64,000 nt of DNA from an uncultured Bacteroidota bacterium (lineage in GTDB: Bacteria > Bacteroidota > Bacteroidia > Bacteroidales > GCA-2748055). The notes under the pieces are model-generated. The model did no database searches. It had not been told where the DNA came from and worked only from the letters and a program-made list of their open reading frames with translations. Positions 35,983 to 46,463 of the stretch are shown here, piece by piece (within the stretch, counting starts at the first letter, position 1; every line of letters begins with the position of its first letter). The stretch lies in NCBI GenBank assembly GCA_937129385.1, contig CAKZNC010000113.1:5360-69359 (forward strand), written 5' to 3'. The translations under genes were made by a program, and so were the position numbers.

Positions 35983-37233
35983 ATGTTCTACGAACTATTC
36001 AAATACCTGGAAAATCTGGACCTGCCCGGCGCGGGAATGTTTGAATACATCTCGTTCAGGGCAGCTCTGACCGTGATCACTTCGCTGCTGATCTCCCTTT
36101 TTATCGGTAAAAGTATCATCAGATTCCTGCAAAAGAAACAGATCGGGGAGACCGTGAGGAACCTCGGACTGGATGGTCAGAACCAGAAACAGGGGACACC
36201 CACCATGGGCGGCATCATCATCATTGCCTCTATCGTTGTTCCCGTGTTGCTCTTCGGAAAGCTTGACAATGTCTATGTAATCCTGATGCTTATTACTACC
36301 ATCTGGCTGGGAGTGATCGGGTTCCTGGACGACTACATCAAGGTGTTCCTGAAAAACAAGGAGGGACTGCGGGGTAAATTCAAGATCATAGGTCAGGTTG
36401 GTCTTGGCCTGATCGTTGGCATTACATTCCTGCTCAGCGATGATGCGGTGATCCGTGAACGGATACCGGTCAACGAGGAGACAAAGACCGAATATATCCA
36501 TCTGCCAACTGTGACGAATGATAACGGAGAGGAGTATTTTGTTAGGGACCACAAGACACCGCTGACCACCATCCCATTTGTAAAAGACAACGAATTCAAC
36601 TATACGTGGCTGGTCTGGTTTGCCGGAAAATACAAAGACAAGCTGGTATGGCTGATCTTTGTCCTGGTGGTCATCTTCATTGTGACTGCAGTTTCAAACG
36701 GGGCAAATCTCACTGACGGACTGGACGGACTGGCCACCGGATCGGCGGCAATCATCGGCACGACCCTCGGGATACTCGCATATGTATCGGGTAACGCGAT
36801 ATTTGCCGACTACCTGAACATCATGTACATCCCCAACGCAGGTGAGCTTGTGATCTTTGCTGCTGCATTCATCGGTGCGACCATCGGTTTTCTATGGTAC
36901 AACTCCTTCCCTGCACAGATCTTCATGGGAGATACCGGGAGTCTTGCATTGGGAGGGATCATTGCCGTCTTCGCGATTGTTATCCGGAAAGAGTTGCTTA
37001 TCCCGATCCTATGTGGGATCTACCTGTTCGAAAGTCTGTCGGTCATCATGCAGGTCAGCTGGTTCAAGCATACAAAGAAAAAATTTGGAGAGGGAAGAAG
37101 GATCTTCCTGATGGCTCCGGCCCATCATCATTATCAAAAGAAAGGCTACCCGGAAGCCAAGATCGTCACCCGTTTCTGGATCATCGGTCTGCTGCTGGCA
37201 GTCATCACCATTGTAACCCTGAAAATAAGATAA
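35983..37233 (+). CDS. mraY: Phospho-N-acetylmuramoyl-pentapeptide transferase
   Basis: 416 aa polytopic protein with [20 protein letters not shown] and [12 protein letters not shown] motifs. Confidence 0.96.
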   Translation: MFYELFKYLENLDLPGAGMFEYISFRAALTVITSLLISLFIGKSIIRFLQKKQIGETVRNLGLDGQNQKQGTPTMGGIIIIASIVVPVLLFGKLDNVYVILMLITTIWLGVIGFLDDYIKVFLKNKEGLRGKFKIIGQVGLGLIVGITFLLSDDAVIRERIPVNEETKTEYIHLPTVTNDNGEEYFVRDHKTPLTTIPFVKDNEFNYTWLVWFAGKYKDKLVWLIFVLVVIFIVTAVSNGANLTDGLDGLATGSAAIIGTTLGILAYVSGNAIFADYLNIMYIPNAGELVIFAAAFIGATIGFLWYNSFPAQIFMGDTGSLALGGIIAVFAIVIRKELLIPILCGIYLFESLSVIMQVSWFKHTKKKFGEGRRIFLMAPAHHHYQKKGYPEAKIVTRFWIIGLLLAVITIVTLKIR

Positions 37234-37240
37234 ACACTAT

Positions 37241-38587
37241 ATGGAGAACAGAAAAAGAACAGTAATCCTGGGAGCCGGCGAAAGCGGGACAGGTTCAGCG
37301 ATTCTTGCGAAACAACAGGATTTTGATGTATTCGTCTCTGATTCGGGCAGGATCAACCCGAAGTACAAGGAGATGCTCGATGAGCACCAGGTCCTTTATG
37401 AAGGAAATGGACATACCGAACGCATGATCCTCAATGCCGATGAGATCATCAAGAGTCCGGGGATCCCGGAAAGTGCGCCAATCATGAAGTCCATCCGGAA
37501 ACGGGGGATCCACGTGATCTCGGAGATCGAATTCGCCGGTCGGTATACCGGCGCCAAGAAGATATGCGTCACAGGGAGCAACGGGAAGACCACCACCACA
37601 TCGCTCATTCACCATATGTTACGCAAGGCGGGTCTGAACATCGGGATCGCCGGAAACGTAGGAAAAAGCTTTGCACTGCAGGTCGCACAGGATGAATACG
37701 ATTATTATGTGCTGGAACTGAGTAGTTTCCAGCTGGACGGGATGTATGATTTCAAAGCCGATATCGCCATCCTGCTGAACATTACGGCCGATCATATGGA
37801 TCGCTACGATTACAACATGCAAAACTATGTAGATTCGAAATTCAGGATCACCCAGAACCTGACAGAAGAGGATTACTTTGTATTCTGTTCCGACGATGAG
37901 ATCACGATCAAGGAGCTGGAGAAGATCGTTTCCCGCGCAGTGCAACTTCCCTATGCATATGATAAGAAGGAGGATGATGTGGCCTGGGTGGATGATGCGC
38001 AGAAGATGCATATCGAATTCGAAGATGTCGACTTTTCAATGTCGGTTCATGAGCTCGCCCTCAAAGGTCGCCACAACACTTACAACAGTATGGCTGCCGG
38101 CATCGCCGGGAATGTCCTGAAGATCAGGAATGATGTGATCAGGGAAGCACTGATGGATTTCCAGGGGATCGAACACCGCCTGGAACGTCTGAACAAGGTA
38201 CATGGCATCAATTTTATCAACGATTCCAAGGCAACCAATGTAAATTCCACCTGGTATGCGCTGGAAAGCATCAAGGGGGAGATCATCTGGATTGCAGGGG
38301 GAGTAGACAAAGGGAACAATTACAGCGAGTTGAATGAACTGGTAAATCAGAAGGTAAAGGCATTGATCTGCCTGGGCAAGGACAATGAGCGGTTGAAGGA
38401 GGCATTCTCCGACAAAGTAGAGACGATCGTGGAATCCTCGACCATGGCAGAGGCGGTGAAGTCGGCCTATTACCTGGCATCGAAGGAGGACACTGTACTG
38501 CTCTCTCCAGCCTGTGCAAGTTTCGATCTGTTTGACAGTTATGAGGACAGGGGACGGAAGTTCAAGGCTGCCGTGAGGGAATTATAA
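37241..38587 (+). CDS. murD: UDP-N-acetylmuramoylalanine--D-glutamate ligase
   Basis: 448 aa with VTGSNGKTTT; position in the dcw cluster. Confidence 0.94.
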   Translation: MENRKRTVILGAGESGTGSAILAKQQDFDVFVSDSGRINPKYKEMLDEHQVLYEGNGHTERMILNADEIIKSPGIPESAPIMKSIRKRGIHVISEIEFAGRYTGAKKICVTGSNGKTTTTSLIHHMLRKAGLNIGIAGNVGKSFALQVAQDEYDYYVLELSSFQLDGMYDFKADIAILLNITADHMDRYDYNMQNYVDSKFRITQNLTEEDYFVFCSDDEITIKELEKIVSRAVQLPYAYDKKEDDVAWVDDAQKMHIEFEDVDFSMSVHELALKGRHNTYNSMAAGIAGNVLKIRNDVIREALMDFQGIEHRLERLNKVHGINFINDSKATNVNSTWYALESIKGEIIWIAGGVDKGNNYSELNELVNQKVKALICLGKDNERLKEAFSDKVETIVESSTMAEAVKSAYYLASKEDTVLLSPACASFDLFDSYEDRGRKFKAAVREL

Positions 38588-38614
38588 TTAAAATTCAGAA
38601 GGAACAGGGAACAG

Positions 38615-39799
38615 ATGAATGTGATCAAATACATAAGGGGCGACCGGGTGATCTGGACAGTGATCATCATCCTCAGCGTGGTTTCGTTGCTGTCGGTCTA
38701 CAGCTCCACCGGATCACTCGCCTATAAGAAGGTGTCGGGCGATACCTTCTACTACCTGTTCCGGCAATTCAAGTACATCATCCTGGGACTTGGTGTGATC
38801 ATCTTTTTCCAGTTGATCCCCTACCAGGCCTTCAACAAGTTGTCGCTAGGTTTCCTGGCCGTGGCCGTTGTCCTTTTGGTGGTCACCCTCATCAAGGGGC
38901 AGGAGATCAACGATGCCAACCGCTGGCTTGCCATCCCGGGGACGAGTAATACCTTTCAGCCGTCGGAATTTGCAAAATTCGCGCTGGTGATGTACCTGGC
39001 CCGGGTCCTGGGGAACAACCAGGACAATATGGACAATTTCAAGGGGGTGTTCATGAAGCTGATCGCAGCAATATCACTGGTATGTGTATTGATCCTGCCA
39101 ACCAATCTGTCCACAGCAGCAATCATCTTCACCGTCTCATTCATTCTGCTTTTTGTCGGCCGTGTGCCGATTAAATACCTCGCATTATTTATCGGAACAG
39201 GCCTTGCCGGACTGGCACTGTTCCTGATGTTGTCATCTGCCATGAGCAGGGAGGGACGGATCACCACCTGGAAACACAGGATTGAAAGGTATGTAACAGG
39301 TGAGGGAGATAATTTCCAGGCCGACCAGGCGAAGGTGGCCATCGTCAGGGGAGGGTTACTGCCGAATGGTCCGGGTACCAGCACCCAGCGCATCCTGCTT
39401 CCACATCCCTATTCCGATTTTATATTCGCGATCATCGTGGAAGAGTATGGGTCCATTATAGGCGGACTGCTGCTTATTTTTCTCTACCTGTGGCTGTTGT
39501 TCAGGACCGGGATCATCGTCAGGAGATCCAAAAGCACTTTCGGGGCATTCCTTGCATTTGGACTTGCCCTGGGCCTGGTATTCCAGGCATTTGTAAATAT
39601 GGGGGTGGCAGTCGGACTGTTGCCCGTGACCGGGCAGACGCTCCCGCTTGTGAGTATGGGTGGATCGTCCATGTTCTTCACAAGTATGGCACTCGGTATG
39701 ATCTTGAGTGTTAGCTGGGGAGTGGCCAGGGAGCTTGAAAACGAAGAGGAGGAAGTCCTCCAGGAAGAAACTGTAAATGAAGGAAGCGAAGAAATATAG
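38615..39799 (+). CDS. ftsW: SEDS-family peptidoglycan glycosyltransferase FtsW
   Basis: 394 aa with about 10 TM segments. FQPSEFAKF and PVTGQTLPLVSMGGSS motifs. Confidence 0.92.
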   Translation: MNVIKYIRGDRVIWTVIIILSVVSLLSVYSSTGSLAYKKVSGDTFYYLFRQFKYIILGLGVIIFFQLIPYQAFNKLSLGFLAVAVVLLVVTLIKGQEINDANRWLAIPGTSNTFQPSEFAKFALVMYLARVLGNNQDNMDNFKGVFMKLIAAISLVCVLILPTNLSTAAIIFTVSFILLFVGRVPIKYLALFIGTGLAGLALFLMLSSAMSREGRITTWKHRIERYVTGEGDNFQADQAKVAIVRGGLLPNGPGTSTQRILLPHPYSDFIFAIIVEEYGSIIGGLLLIFLYLWLLFRTGIIVRRSKSTFGAFLAFGLALGLVFQAFVNMGVAVGLLPVTGQTLPLVSMGGSSMFFTSMALGMILSVSWGVARELENEEEEVLQEETVNEGSEEI

Positions 39800-40892
39800 G
39801 ATCATCATCGGAGGTGGAGGAACCGGGGGGCATATCTTCCCGGCCATTTCCATTGCGAACGCGCTCAGTGAAATGCTGAATGATGCAAGCTTCCTGTTCG
39901 TCGGAGCCAGGGGCAAGATCGAGATGGAGAAGGTTCCGGAAGCGGGCTACGAGATTTTTGGTCTGCCCATCGCCGGCTTTCAGCGGAAGATATCCATCAG
40001 GAACATCAGCTTCTTTTTCAAACTGGTCCGGAGCATGATGCTTTCAGCTAAGCTGGTTAGGAAATTCAAGCCAGACCTGGCCATAGGAGTGGGCGGGTAT
40101 GCAAGTGGTCCGATCGTCAGGGCCGCAGCACGTCGCGGTATTCCCGTGGTATTGCAGGAACAGAATTCCTATGCTGGTGTCACCAACAGGTTATTGGGCA
40201 AATCGGCCACGAAGATCTGTGTTGCCTACGAAGGAATGGAAAAATACTTTCCGCGGGATAAGATCGTACTCACGGGGAATCCTGTCCGCCAGGACCTGGT
40301 GATGCCGCCTGGCGAATTTGAAAAGAGCATGTCGCATTTCGGGCTCAACCCTGGGCAGAAGGTGATCCTGCTTATTGGCGGGAGCCTGGGTGCCAGGACA
40401 TTGAATGAGAGCATCATGGCCAATCTGGACATGATCAGGGAGTCCGGCTTCCAGTGGATCTGGCAGTGCGGGAAATATTATCATTCCGCAGCAGAGGAAT
40501 CACTGGGTAAGAGCGGAGTTACGAATATCATGTTGTTCCCTTTTATCAGGTCGATGAACCGTGCCTTCCAGGTCGCAGACGTGATCATTTCACGGGCAGG
40601 GGCAGGCACCATTTCAGAGCTCTGTATCGTCGGCAAACCGGTCATCCTGGTCCCGTCACCCAATGTGGCAGAGGATCACCAGACCAGCAATGCAAAGTCG
40701 TTGACCGACCATGGAGCAGCTGTGATGGTTGCTGACAGGGATGCTTCAAAGGAGCTAGTTCCGGCAGCAATCCGACTGGCAGGAGATGAAGAGGGGGAAG
40801 GAAAACTTTCAAAAAATATTGAGAAACTGGCCCTACCCGATGCAGCAAAAGAGATCGCCGGGGAGGTGATAAAAATACTTGACCGAAAATGA
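39777..40892 (+). CDS. murG: Undecaprenyldiphospho-muramoylpentapeptide beta-N-acetylglucosaminyltransferase
   Basis: 371 aa with GGGTGGHIFPAISIA and RAGAGTISE motifs. Confidence 0.95.
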   Translation: MKEAKKYRIIIGGGGTGGHIFPAISIANALSEMLNDASFLFVGARGKIEMEKVPEAGYEIFGLPIAGFQRKISIRNISFFFKLVRSMMLSAKLVRKFKPDLAIGVGGYASGPIVRAAARRGIPVVLQEQNSYAGVTNRLLGKSATKICVAYEGMEKYFPRDKIVLTGNPVRQDLVMPPGEFEKSMSHFGLNPGQKVILLIGGSLGARTLNESIMANLDMIRESGFQWIWQCGKYYHSAAEESLGKSGVTNIMLFPFIRSMNRAFQVADVIISRAGAGTISELCIVGKPVILVPSPNVAEDHQTSNAKSLTDHGAAVMVADRDASKELVPAAIRLAGDEEGEGKLSKNIEKLALPDAAKEIAGEVIKILDRK

Positions 40893-42259
40893 TCTGGAAA
40901 AATCTCGATAGCGTCTACTTCGTTGGTGCGGGTGGCATTGGAATGAGCGCCCTGGCCAGGTTTTTCCAAAGCCATGGAAAATACGTGGCGGGGTATGACC
41001 GCACGTCAACAAGTCTGACCGATCAGCTCGCGCGTGAACAGATCGATATCCATTTTGAGGACCGGCCGGAACTGATCCCGGAGGAGTTCAGGAATCCCGA
41101 TCGCACACTGGTGATCTACACACCTGCAGTACCTGACAATACCAGCGAGCTGGACTATTTCAGGAGGAACGGATTCAGGGTGATCAAGCGATCTGCTGCA
41201 CTGGGTGAGGTGTTCAACGCAGGGAACGGAATCGCTGTTGCCGGAACCCACGGAAAGACATCGGTGTCGACGATGCTGGCCCTGATCATGTCGGAATCAC
41301 ATGCAGGGTGCAATGCATTCCTGGGAGGGATCTCAAAGAATTTTGACAGCAACCTTGTCACCCACCCGAATTCACGGACCATTATTGCCGAAGCAGATGA
41401 GTTTGACAGGTCATTCCTGGCCCTATTCCCCCAAATGGCTGTGATTACCTCGGTTGACAACGATCATATGGATATCTACGGCAGCAGGGAAAAGCTGGTG
41501 GATGGATTTGAATCTTTTGCTGCCCAGATCAAGGATAAGGGACGGTTGATCCTCAAGGCCGGGGTGGACATACGGGTACCCGATCATATCGATGTCTTCA
41601 CCTATTCACTGGATGATCTGCGGGCCGACTATCATATCGTGAAGCGTGAATCAGTACAGGGCATCTACAGGTTTACCGTAAAAACCCCGAAGAATATTTT
41701 TGAGACCTCACTGGGAATGCCGGGTCTGCTCAACGTGGAGAATGCACTGGCTGCAATAGCTGTGGCAGACCAATCCGGAATCCCCCTGGAGCACATCGCG
41801 CTGGCACTTAAAAAATTCAAAGGAGTAAAGCGAAGGTTTGATGTGCAGGTGATGCAGGGAAACAGGGTATATATCGATGATTATGCGCACCACCCGGAGG
41901 AGTTGAAGGCCTTTATCGGATCTGTAAGAGAGATGTTCCCCTCAGGCAGACTCACAGGAATCTTTCAGCCTCACCTGTTTACACGTACACGTGACTTCGC
42001 TGTAGAATTCGGTGAGAGTCTTTCGGGTCTTGATGAACTGATCCTCCTGCCGGTTTACCCTGCGCGCGAGAAGCCTGTTCCGGGGGTGAGTTCCCAGTTG
42101 ATCTTTGACCACGTGAAACTGGATGAAAAGGTTTTGATCTCCAATGAGCAGTTGGTGCCTGTGATGCGCGAGAGGGATCCGGAGATCCTCCTCACCATGG
42201 GAGCCGGAGATATAGACAGACTTGTTGAACCGTTGAAATCCTGGATGGAGAAAAAATGA
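40889..42259 (+). CDS. murC: UDP-N-acetylmuramate--L-alanine ligase
   Basis: 456 aa with FVGAGGIGMSALA and AGTHGKTS motifs. Confidence 0.95.
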   Translation: MIWKNLDSVYFVGAGGIGMSALARFFQSHGKYVAGYDRTSTSLTDQLAREQIDIHFEDRPELIPEEFRNPDRTLVIYTPAVPDNTSELDYFRRNGFRVIKRSAALGEVFNAGNGIAVAGTHGKTSVSTMLALIMSESHAGCNAFLGGISKNFDSNLVTHPNSRTIIAEADEFDRSFLALFPQMAVITSVDNDHMDIYGSREKLVDGFESFAAQIKDKGRLILKAGVDIRVPDHIDVFTYSLDDLRADYHIVKRESVQGIYRFTVKTPKNIFETSLGMPGLLNVENALAAIAVADQSGIPLEHIALALKKFKGVKRRFDVQVMQGNRVYIDDYAHHPEELKAFIGSVREMFPSGRLTGIFQPHLFTRTRDFAVEFGESLSGLDELILLPVYPAREKPVPGVSSQLIFDHVKLDEKVLISNEQLVPVMRERDPEILLTMGAGDIDRLVEPLKSWMEKK

Positions 42260-43038
42260 TCAGAAAGATCGTACATATCGCCTTGTGGGTCCTGCTGGCA
42301 GGATGGTTCACCCTGATGATGGGTTTTGTCTCCAGGAGCAGTGCCGACATCCTGTGCGGTGAACTGTCGGTGATTATCTCCGACTCGGCAACAACAAAGT
42401 TCGTCACCGACCAGGCGATCAGGGAAATGATCAAAAATTCAGGGATGAATATCCAGGGATACCCGGTTGCAGGTATCGATACCAGGAAACTGGAAAAGAT
42501 CATTGAAGAGCAGCCCTATGTAGAAAATGCTGAGGTGTATATCGACATTGAGGGCAGGCTATTCATAGATGTGGATCAGCGCAAGCCACTGGTAAGGCTG
42601 ATGCCCGGAGGAAAACAGGGTTTTTACATAGATGCCGACGGTGTGATCCTCCCGCTTTCAAAAACATATGCGCCCATGGTGCTGCTGGTGACAGGATTTT
42701 GTGATTTTAAGATTGCAGGGGATGAACATGGAGTGAAGCATACTGATAAGGGGAGTGACCAGGAGATCGGGCAGTTGCTGGGTTTTGCTGAATATGTATC
42801 GGCCCACCCGTTCTGGAGCAACCAGGTGGTGCAGATGTACCGGAACAAAAACGGAGATTACGAACTTATTCCGAGGGTGGGAGCCCACCAGGTCATCTTC
42901 GGACCCATGGATCATTACAACGAAAAACTGCGTAACCTTTCGCTGCTGTATGACCAGGGACTGAAAAAATATGGGTGGAACAATTATGACAAGATCAATT
43001 TAAAATATTCAAACCAGATAATCTGTACAAAACGTTAA
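42256..43038 (+). CDS. ftsQ: Cell-division protein FtsQ (POTRA-containing)
   Basis: 260 aa. A single TM segment followed by a POTRA-like domain; position between murC and ftsA. Confidence 0.8.
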   Translation: MIRKIVHIALWVLLAGWFTLMMGFVSRSSADILCGELSVIISDSATTKFVTDQAIREMIKNSGMNIQGYPVAGIDTRKLEKIIEEQPYVENAEVYIDIEGRLFIDVDQRKPLVRLMPGGKQGFYIDADGVILPLSKTYAPMVLLVTGFCDFKIAGDEHGVKHTDKGSDQEIGQLLGFAEYVSAHPFWSNQVVQMYRNKNGDYELIPRVGAHQVIFGPMDHYNEKLRNLSLLYDQGLKKYGWNNYDKINLKYSNQIICTKR

Positions 43039-43042
43039 TACT

Positions 43043-44371
43043 ATGGCTCAAGAAAATCGAATTGTTGCGGCAATTGACATCGGCACAACCAAGATCGTAA
43101 GTCTGATCGGACGGTTGAACGAGCAAAACAGGCTCGAAGTACTTGGTATCAGCAGATCTGCATCCAAAGGGGTGAAGCGCGGGGTGGTACTGAACATAGA
43201 AGAGACAGTAAATGCAATTCAGAACACCATCGCCGAAGCCCAGGAGCAGTCGGGACTCACCTTCTCGGAAGTCTTCGTCGGGATCGCAGGTCAGCACATC
43301 AAATCTGTCAGGAACCGCGGTTATGTGAACCGCGATTCATATGAGGACGAGATCACGCGGGATGATCTCCAGGCACTGATCGAAGACATGTACAAAATTC
43401 CTGTGGACGTTGGGGAGGAGATCATCCACGTTCTTCCCCAGAACTACATCGTGGACAATGAAACAGGTGTGAAAAACCCTGTGGGCATGTTTGGCAAGCG
43501 GCTGGAAGCAAATTTCCATATCGTGATCGGTCAGATCTCCTCAGCGAGGAATATTGAAAAATGCATCAAGCGGGTCGGACTGGATGTGAAACAGCTGATC
43601 CTGGAACCGCTTGCCTCAAGTTCGGCGGTGCTCACCGAGGATGAGATCGAAGCTGGTGTCGCGCTGGTGGACATTGGCGGCGGGACCACCGATGTGGCTG
43701 TTTACTATGATGATGTAATCCGACACACGGCAGTGATCCCCTTCGGAGGTAACGTGGTTACAAGGGACATCAAGGAAGGATGTGCCATCCTGCAGAGACA
43801 GGCGGAATCCCTGAAGATACAGTTCGGATCTGCACTGGGCGATCTGGCAACAGATGACAAGGTGGTGACCATTCCCGGGATCTCAGGACGTGACCCGAAA
43901 GAGATCAGTTTTAAAAGCCTGGCCTATATCATTCAATCCAGGATGGAAGAGATCATCGATGCGGTGATCTACGAAATTGAGAATTCGGGCTACATGGATA
44001 AACTCAGCGCCGGTATCGTACTTACCGGAGGAGGAGCCATGCTGAAGAACCTGAACCAGCTTGTGAAGTTCAAGACCGGCATGGACGTGCGTATCGGTTA
44101 CCCGAGCGAGTGTCTTGCCGCTGATACCCCGGAAGAGATCAACCAGCCCATGTACAGCACCTCCATCGGTCTGCTGTTGAAAGGCATGGAGATCTATGAA
44201 GAGAAAAAGGAGTCGCTGAAGGTGAATAAGATCGACCAGGATGCAGTGGAACCGGAAGAGGTTGAACATCTTGGAAAGAAGAAGATGAAAGACCGCATAG
44301 GTGGCAAGCTGCTAGAAAACCTCAAAAATACCCTCAGCGATATTTTTGATGAGAGTGATGTAAAAATGTAA
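43043..44371 (+). CDS. ftsA: Cell-division protein FtsA
   Basis: 442 aa, actin-like ATPase (AIDIGTTKI, VDIGGGTTD, LTGGGAML). Confidence 0.95.
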   Translation: MAQENRIVAAIDIGTTKIVSLIGRLNEQNRLEVLGISRSASKGVKRGVVLNIEETVNAIQNTIAEAQEQSGLTFSEVFVGIAGQHIKSVRNRGYVNRDSYEDEITRDDLQALIEDMYKIPVDVGEEIIHVLPQNYIVDNETGVKNPVGMFGKRLEANFHIVIGQISSARNIEKCIKRVGLDVKQLILEPLASSSAVLTEDEIEAGVALVDIGGGTTDVAVYYDDVIRHTAVIPFGGNVVTRDIKEGCAILQRQAESLKIQFGSALGDLATDDKVVTIPGISGRDPKEISFKSLAYIIQSRMEEIIDAVIYEIENSGYMDKLSAGIVLTGGGAMLKNLNQLVKFKTGMDVRIGYPSECLAADTPEEINQPMYSTSIGLLLKGMEIYEEKKESLKVNKIDQDAVEPEEVEHLGKKKMKDRIGGKLLENLKNTLSDIFDESDVKM

Positions 44372-44408
44372 GATCACTTTTAAGAATGAACATTTAAAAT
44401 TACCAGTT

Positions 44409-45836
44409 ATGAGCGATATTTTGAATTTTGACCTGGCACCTGAAAGGTCATCGATCATTAAAGTGATCGGAGTGGGAGGAGGCGGTGGAAACGCCGTAAA
44501 TCATATGTTTCACAAGGGCATCAAGGATGTGAATTTCGTGGTGTGCAATACCGATGGCCAGGCACTGGCCAACAGTCCTGTCGCGGTGAAGCTGCAGTTG
44601 GGTGAAAACCTGACAGAAGGACGGGGTGCCGGCAGCAAGCCCGACATTGGAAGGCAGGCAGCCCTGGAGAGTCTGGATTCGATCAAGGAGGTGCTTGAGG
44701 CCAATACCAATATGGCGTTCATAACTGCCGGTATGGGAGGTGGAACAGGGACCGGTGCCGCTCCCGTGATTGCCAAGGTGGCAAAGGAGATGGGAATCCT
44801 TACCGTGGGGATTGTTACCATCCCATTCGGATTCGAAGGGCCGGAACGTATCAACCATGCCATTAAAGGGATCGGTGAACTGAAAGACCATGTCGACTCC
44901 CTGCTCGTGATCAAGAATGAAAAGTTAAGGGAGGTGTATGGTAACCTGACCCTCAGTGAGGCTTTTGCAAGGGCCGATGATGTACTTACTTCCGCTGCAA
45001 AAGGCATTGCAGAGATCATTACAGTTCCCGGGTATGTGAATGTCGATTTTGCGGATGTACAGACCGTGATGACCGACAGTGGGGGAGCGATCATGGGCTC
45101 AGCAACAGCCGAAGGTGAGAACAGGTCGATCAAAGCCATCGAAGCCGCGCTGACATCGCCATTGCTGAATAACAACGAGATTACCGGGGCACGGAGTATC
45201 CTGCTGAATATCACTTCCGGGACCAAGGAGATCACCATGGATGAGATCTCAGAGATCACCGATTATGTCATCGCCTCCTCTTCAAAGGAGACCACGCTGA
45301 TCTGGGGCATGGGTCATGATTCGAGCCTGGAAGAGAAGATTGGTGTTACAGTTATTGCCACCGGGTTCAAGATGAACAACATCCTGGATGTTTACGTGGA
45401 AAAGAAACAGCTGGATTTTGTGCCATTGCGTGATGACAAGTCCAGGGAAAACCCAGGCACTGAAAAGATAAAGCCGAAGCAGCAGCGATTCGAATTTGAT
45501 GAACCCGGACCTGAGAAGAAGTCCGAGGAATATGTACTGTTCGACCAGGCCAGGGAAGAGAAGAGGGAAGAGAAGGAGAAGAAGCTTGCCCAACGGGTAA
45601 GGGATCTGAAGGAGACCCACGAAAGATTGAAAGCCAGCGGGTATACATCGGGTTCGAAAGACAACGAGATCGAAGAGATGGAAAATGTACCTGCTTACAT
45701 CAGGAAAAAGATGAAGCTTGACCCGGGAAAGCTTTCTGAAAACGAGGAGGTGTCCCGTTACAGGCTCTCCGACGAAGAGAATGATTCACCCAAGTTGAGG
45801 CAGGACAATTCTTACCTGCACGACAATGTTGATTAA
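44409..45836 (+). CDS. ftsZ: Cell-division GTPase FtsZ
   Basis: 475 aa. GGGTGTGAAP tubulin signature, an E/K-rich linker, the C-terminal peptide VPAYIRKK, and a Bacteroidota-type tail ending SYLHDNVD. Confidence 0.97.
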   Translation: MSDILNFDLAPERSSIIKVIGVGGGGGNAVNHMFHKGIKDVNFVVCNTDGQALANSPVAVKLQLGENLTEGRGAGSKPDIGRQAALESLDSIKEVLEANTNMAFITAGMGGGTGTGAAPVIAKVAKEMGILTVGIVTIPFGFEGPERINHAIKGIGELKDHVDSLLVIKNEKLREVYGNLTLSEAFARADDVLTSAAKGIAEIITVPGYVNVDFADVQTVMTDSGGAIMGSATAEGENRSIKAIEAALTSPLLNNNEITGARSILLNITSGTKEITMDEISEITDYVIASSSKETTLIWGMGHDSSLEEKIGVTVIATGFKMNNILDVYVEKKQLDFVPLRDDKSRENPGTEKIKPKQQRFEFDEPGPEKKSEEYVLFDQAREEKREEKEKKLAQRVRDLKETHERLKASGYTSGSKDNEIEEMENVPAYIRKKMKLDPGKLSENEEVSRYRLSDEENDSPKLRQDNSYLHDNVD

Positions 45837-45847
45837 AAGCTATAACT

Positions 45848-46297
45848 ATGTCACTTTTTGAGACCATCAACGAAGAACTGAAGACAGCTATGCGCGCCAG
45901 GGAGAAGGAGCGGCTCGAAGCCCTGAGAGCGATCAAGACCGCCTTTCTCATGGCCAGGTCTGAAAAAGGCGCCTCCCATGAATTGTCTGAGCAGGATGAA
46001 CTGAAGATCCTGAAAAAGCTGGTCAAACAGCGACAAGACTCTGCGGAGATCTATCAGCAGCAGGGGAGAGAAGATCTTTATAACAAGGAGATTGCTGAAA
46101 GTAAGGTGATCGCGGAATTCCTTCCTGAACAGATGAGCGAAGCGGAGATCCGTACCTACTTACAGCAGCTGATCAGTGAGATGGGAGCCGACTCCATGCA
46201 GCAAATGGGGCCGGTCATGGGGCGGGCGACGAAAGAGCTCTCAGGCAAAGCCGATGGCAAAATGATCAGCTCGATCGTCAGGGAACTACTCTCCTGA
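45848..46297 (+). CDS. GatB/YqeY-domain protein
   Basis: 149 aa. The pattern LKTAMRAREKERLEALRAIK...AEIYQQQGREDLYNKE is typical of YqeY. Confidence 0.88.
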   Translation: MSLFETINEELKTAMRAREKERLEALRAIKTAFLMARSEKGASHELSEQDELKILKKLVKQRQDSAEIYQQQGREDLYNKEIAESKVIAEFLPEQMSEAEIRTYLQQLISEMGADSMQQMGPVMGRATKELSGKADGKMISSIVRELLS

Positions 46298-46381
46298 CCT
46301 TGCCCCTTGCCCTTTGCCCCTTGCCCATTGTCCCTTGCCCCTTGCCCATTGCCCCTTGCCCATTGCCCCTTGCCCCTTGCC
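46298..46381. repeat. Heptanucleotide tandem array (CCTTGCC)x12
   Basis: Starts on the nucleotide after the YqeY stop codon. It has 12 phased units with variants cctttgc/ccattgc/ccattgt. Confidence 0.95.
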
Positions 46382-46386
46382 CACAT

Positions 46387-46412
46387 GAAAAAGGGCGGAA
46401 TTTATTCCGCCC
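46387..46412 (-). terminator. Intrinsic terminator of the ppiD-like gene
   Basis: Perfect 8-bp stem GGGCGGAA-TTTA-TTCCGCCC (46393-46412). On the minus strand it is followed by UUUUUC. It has no U-tract on the plus strand. Confidence 0.75.
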
Positions 46413-46454
46413 CCTCTAACTCTTAACTCTTAACTCTTAACTCTTAACTCTCCT
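46413..46454. repeat. Heptanucleotide tandem array (CTCTTAA)x4 plus flanking degenerate units
   Basis: cctctaa, then ctcttaa x4, then ctctcct. This is the reverse complement (rotated) of the GAGTTAA array at 10986. It lies in the ppiD 3' UTR between the stop codon and the terminator. Confidence 0.95.
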
Positions 46455-46463
46455 CTCTCAAAT

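Noticed and set aside
45540-45600. A purine-rich GAA/GAG repetitive DNA stretch inside ftsZ.
   Set aside because: It encodes the E/K-rich disordered C-terminal linker (REEKREEKEKK) expected in FtsZ. It is not an independent repeat element.
46298-46454. The heptamer arrays (also 10986-11027 and 21760-21822) considered as a CRISPR array.
   Set aside because: The period is 7 nt with no unique spacers and no repeats of 25-40 nt, and there are no cas genes. These are simple tandem repeats.
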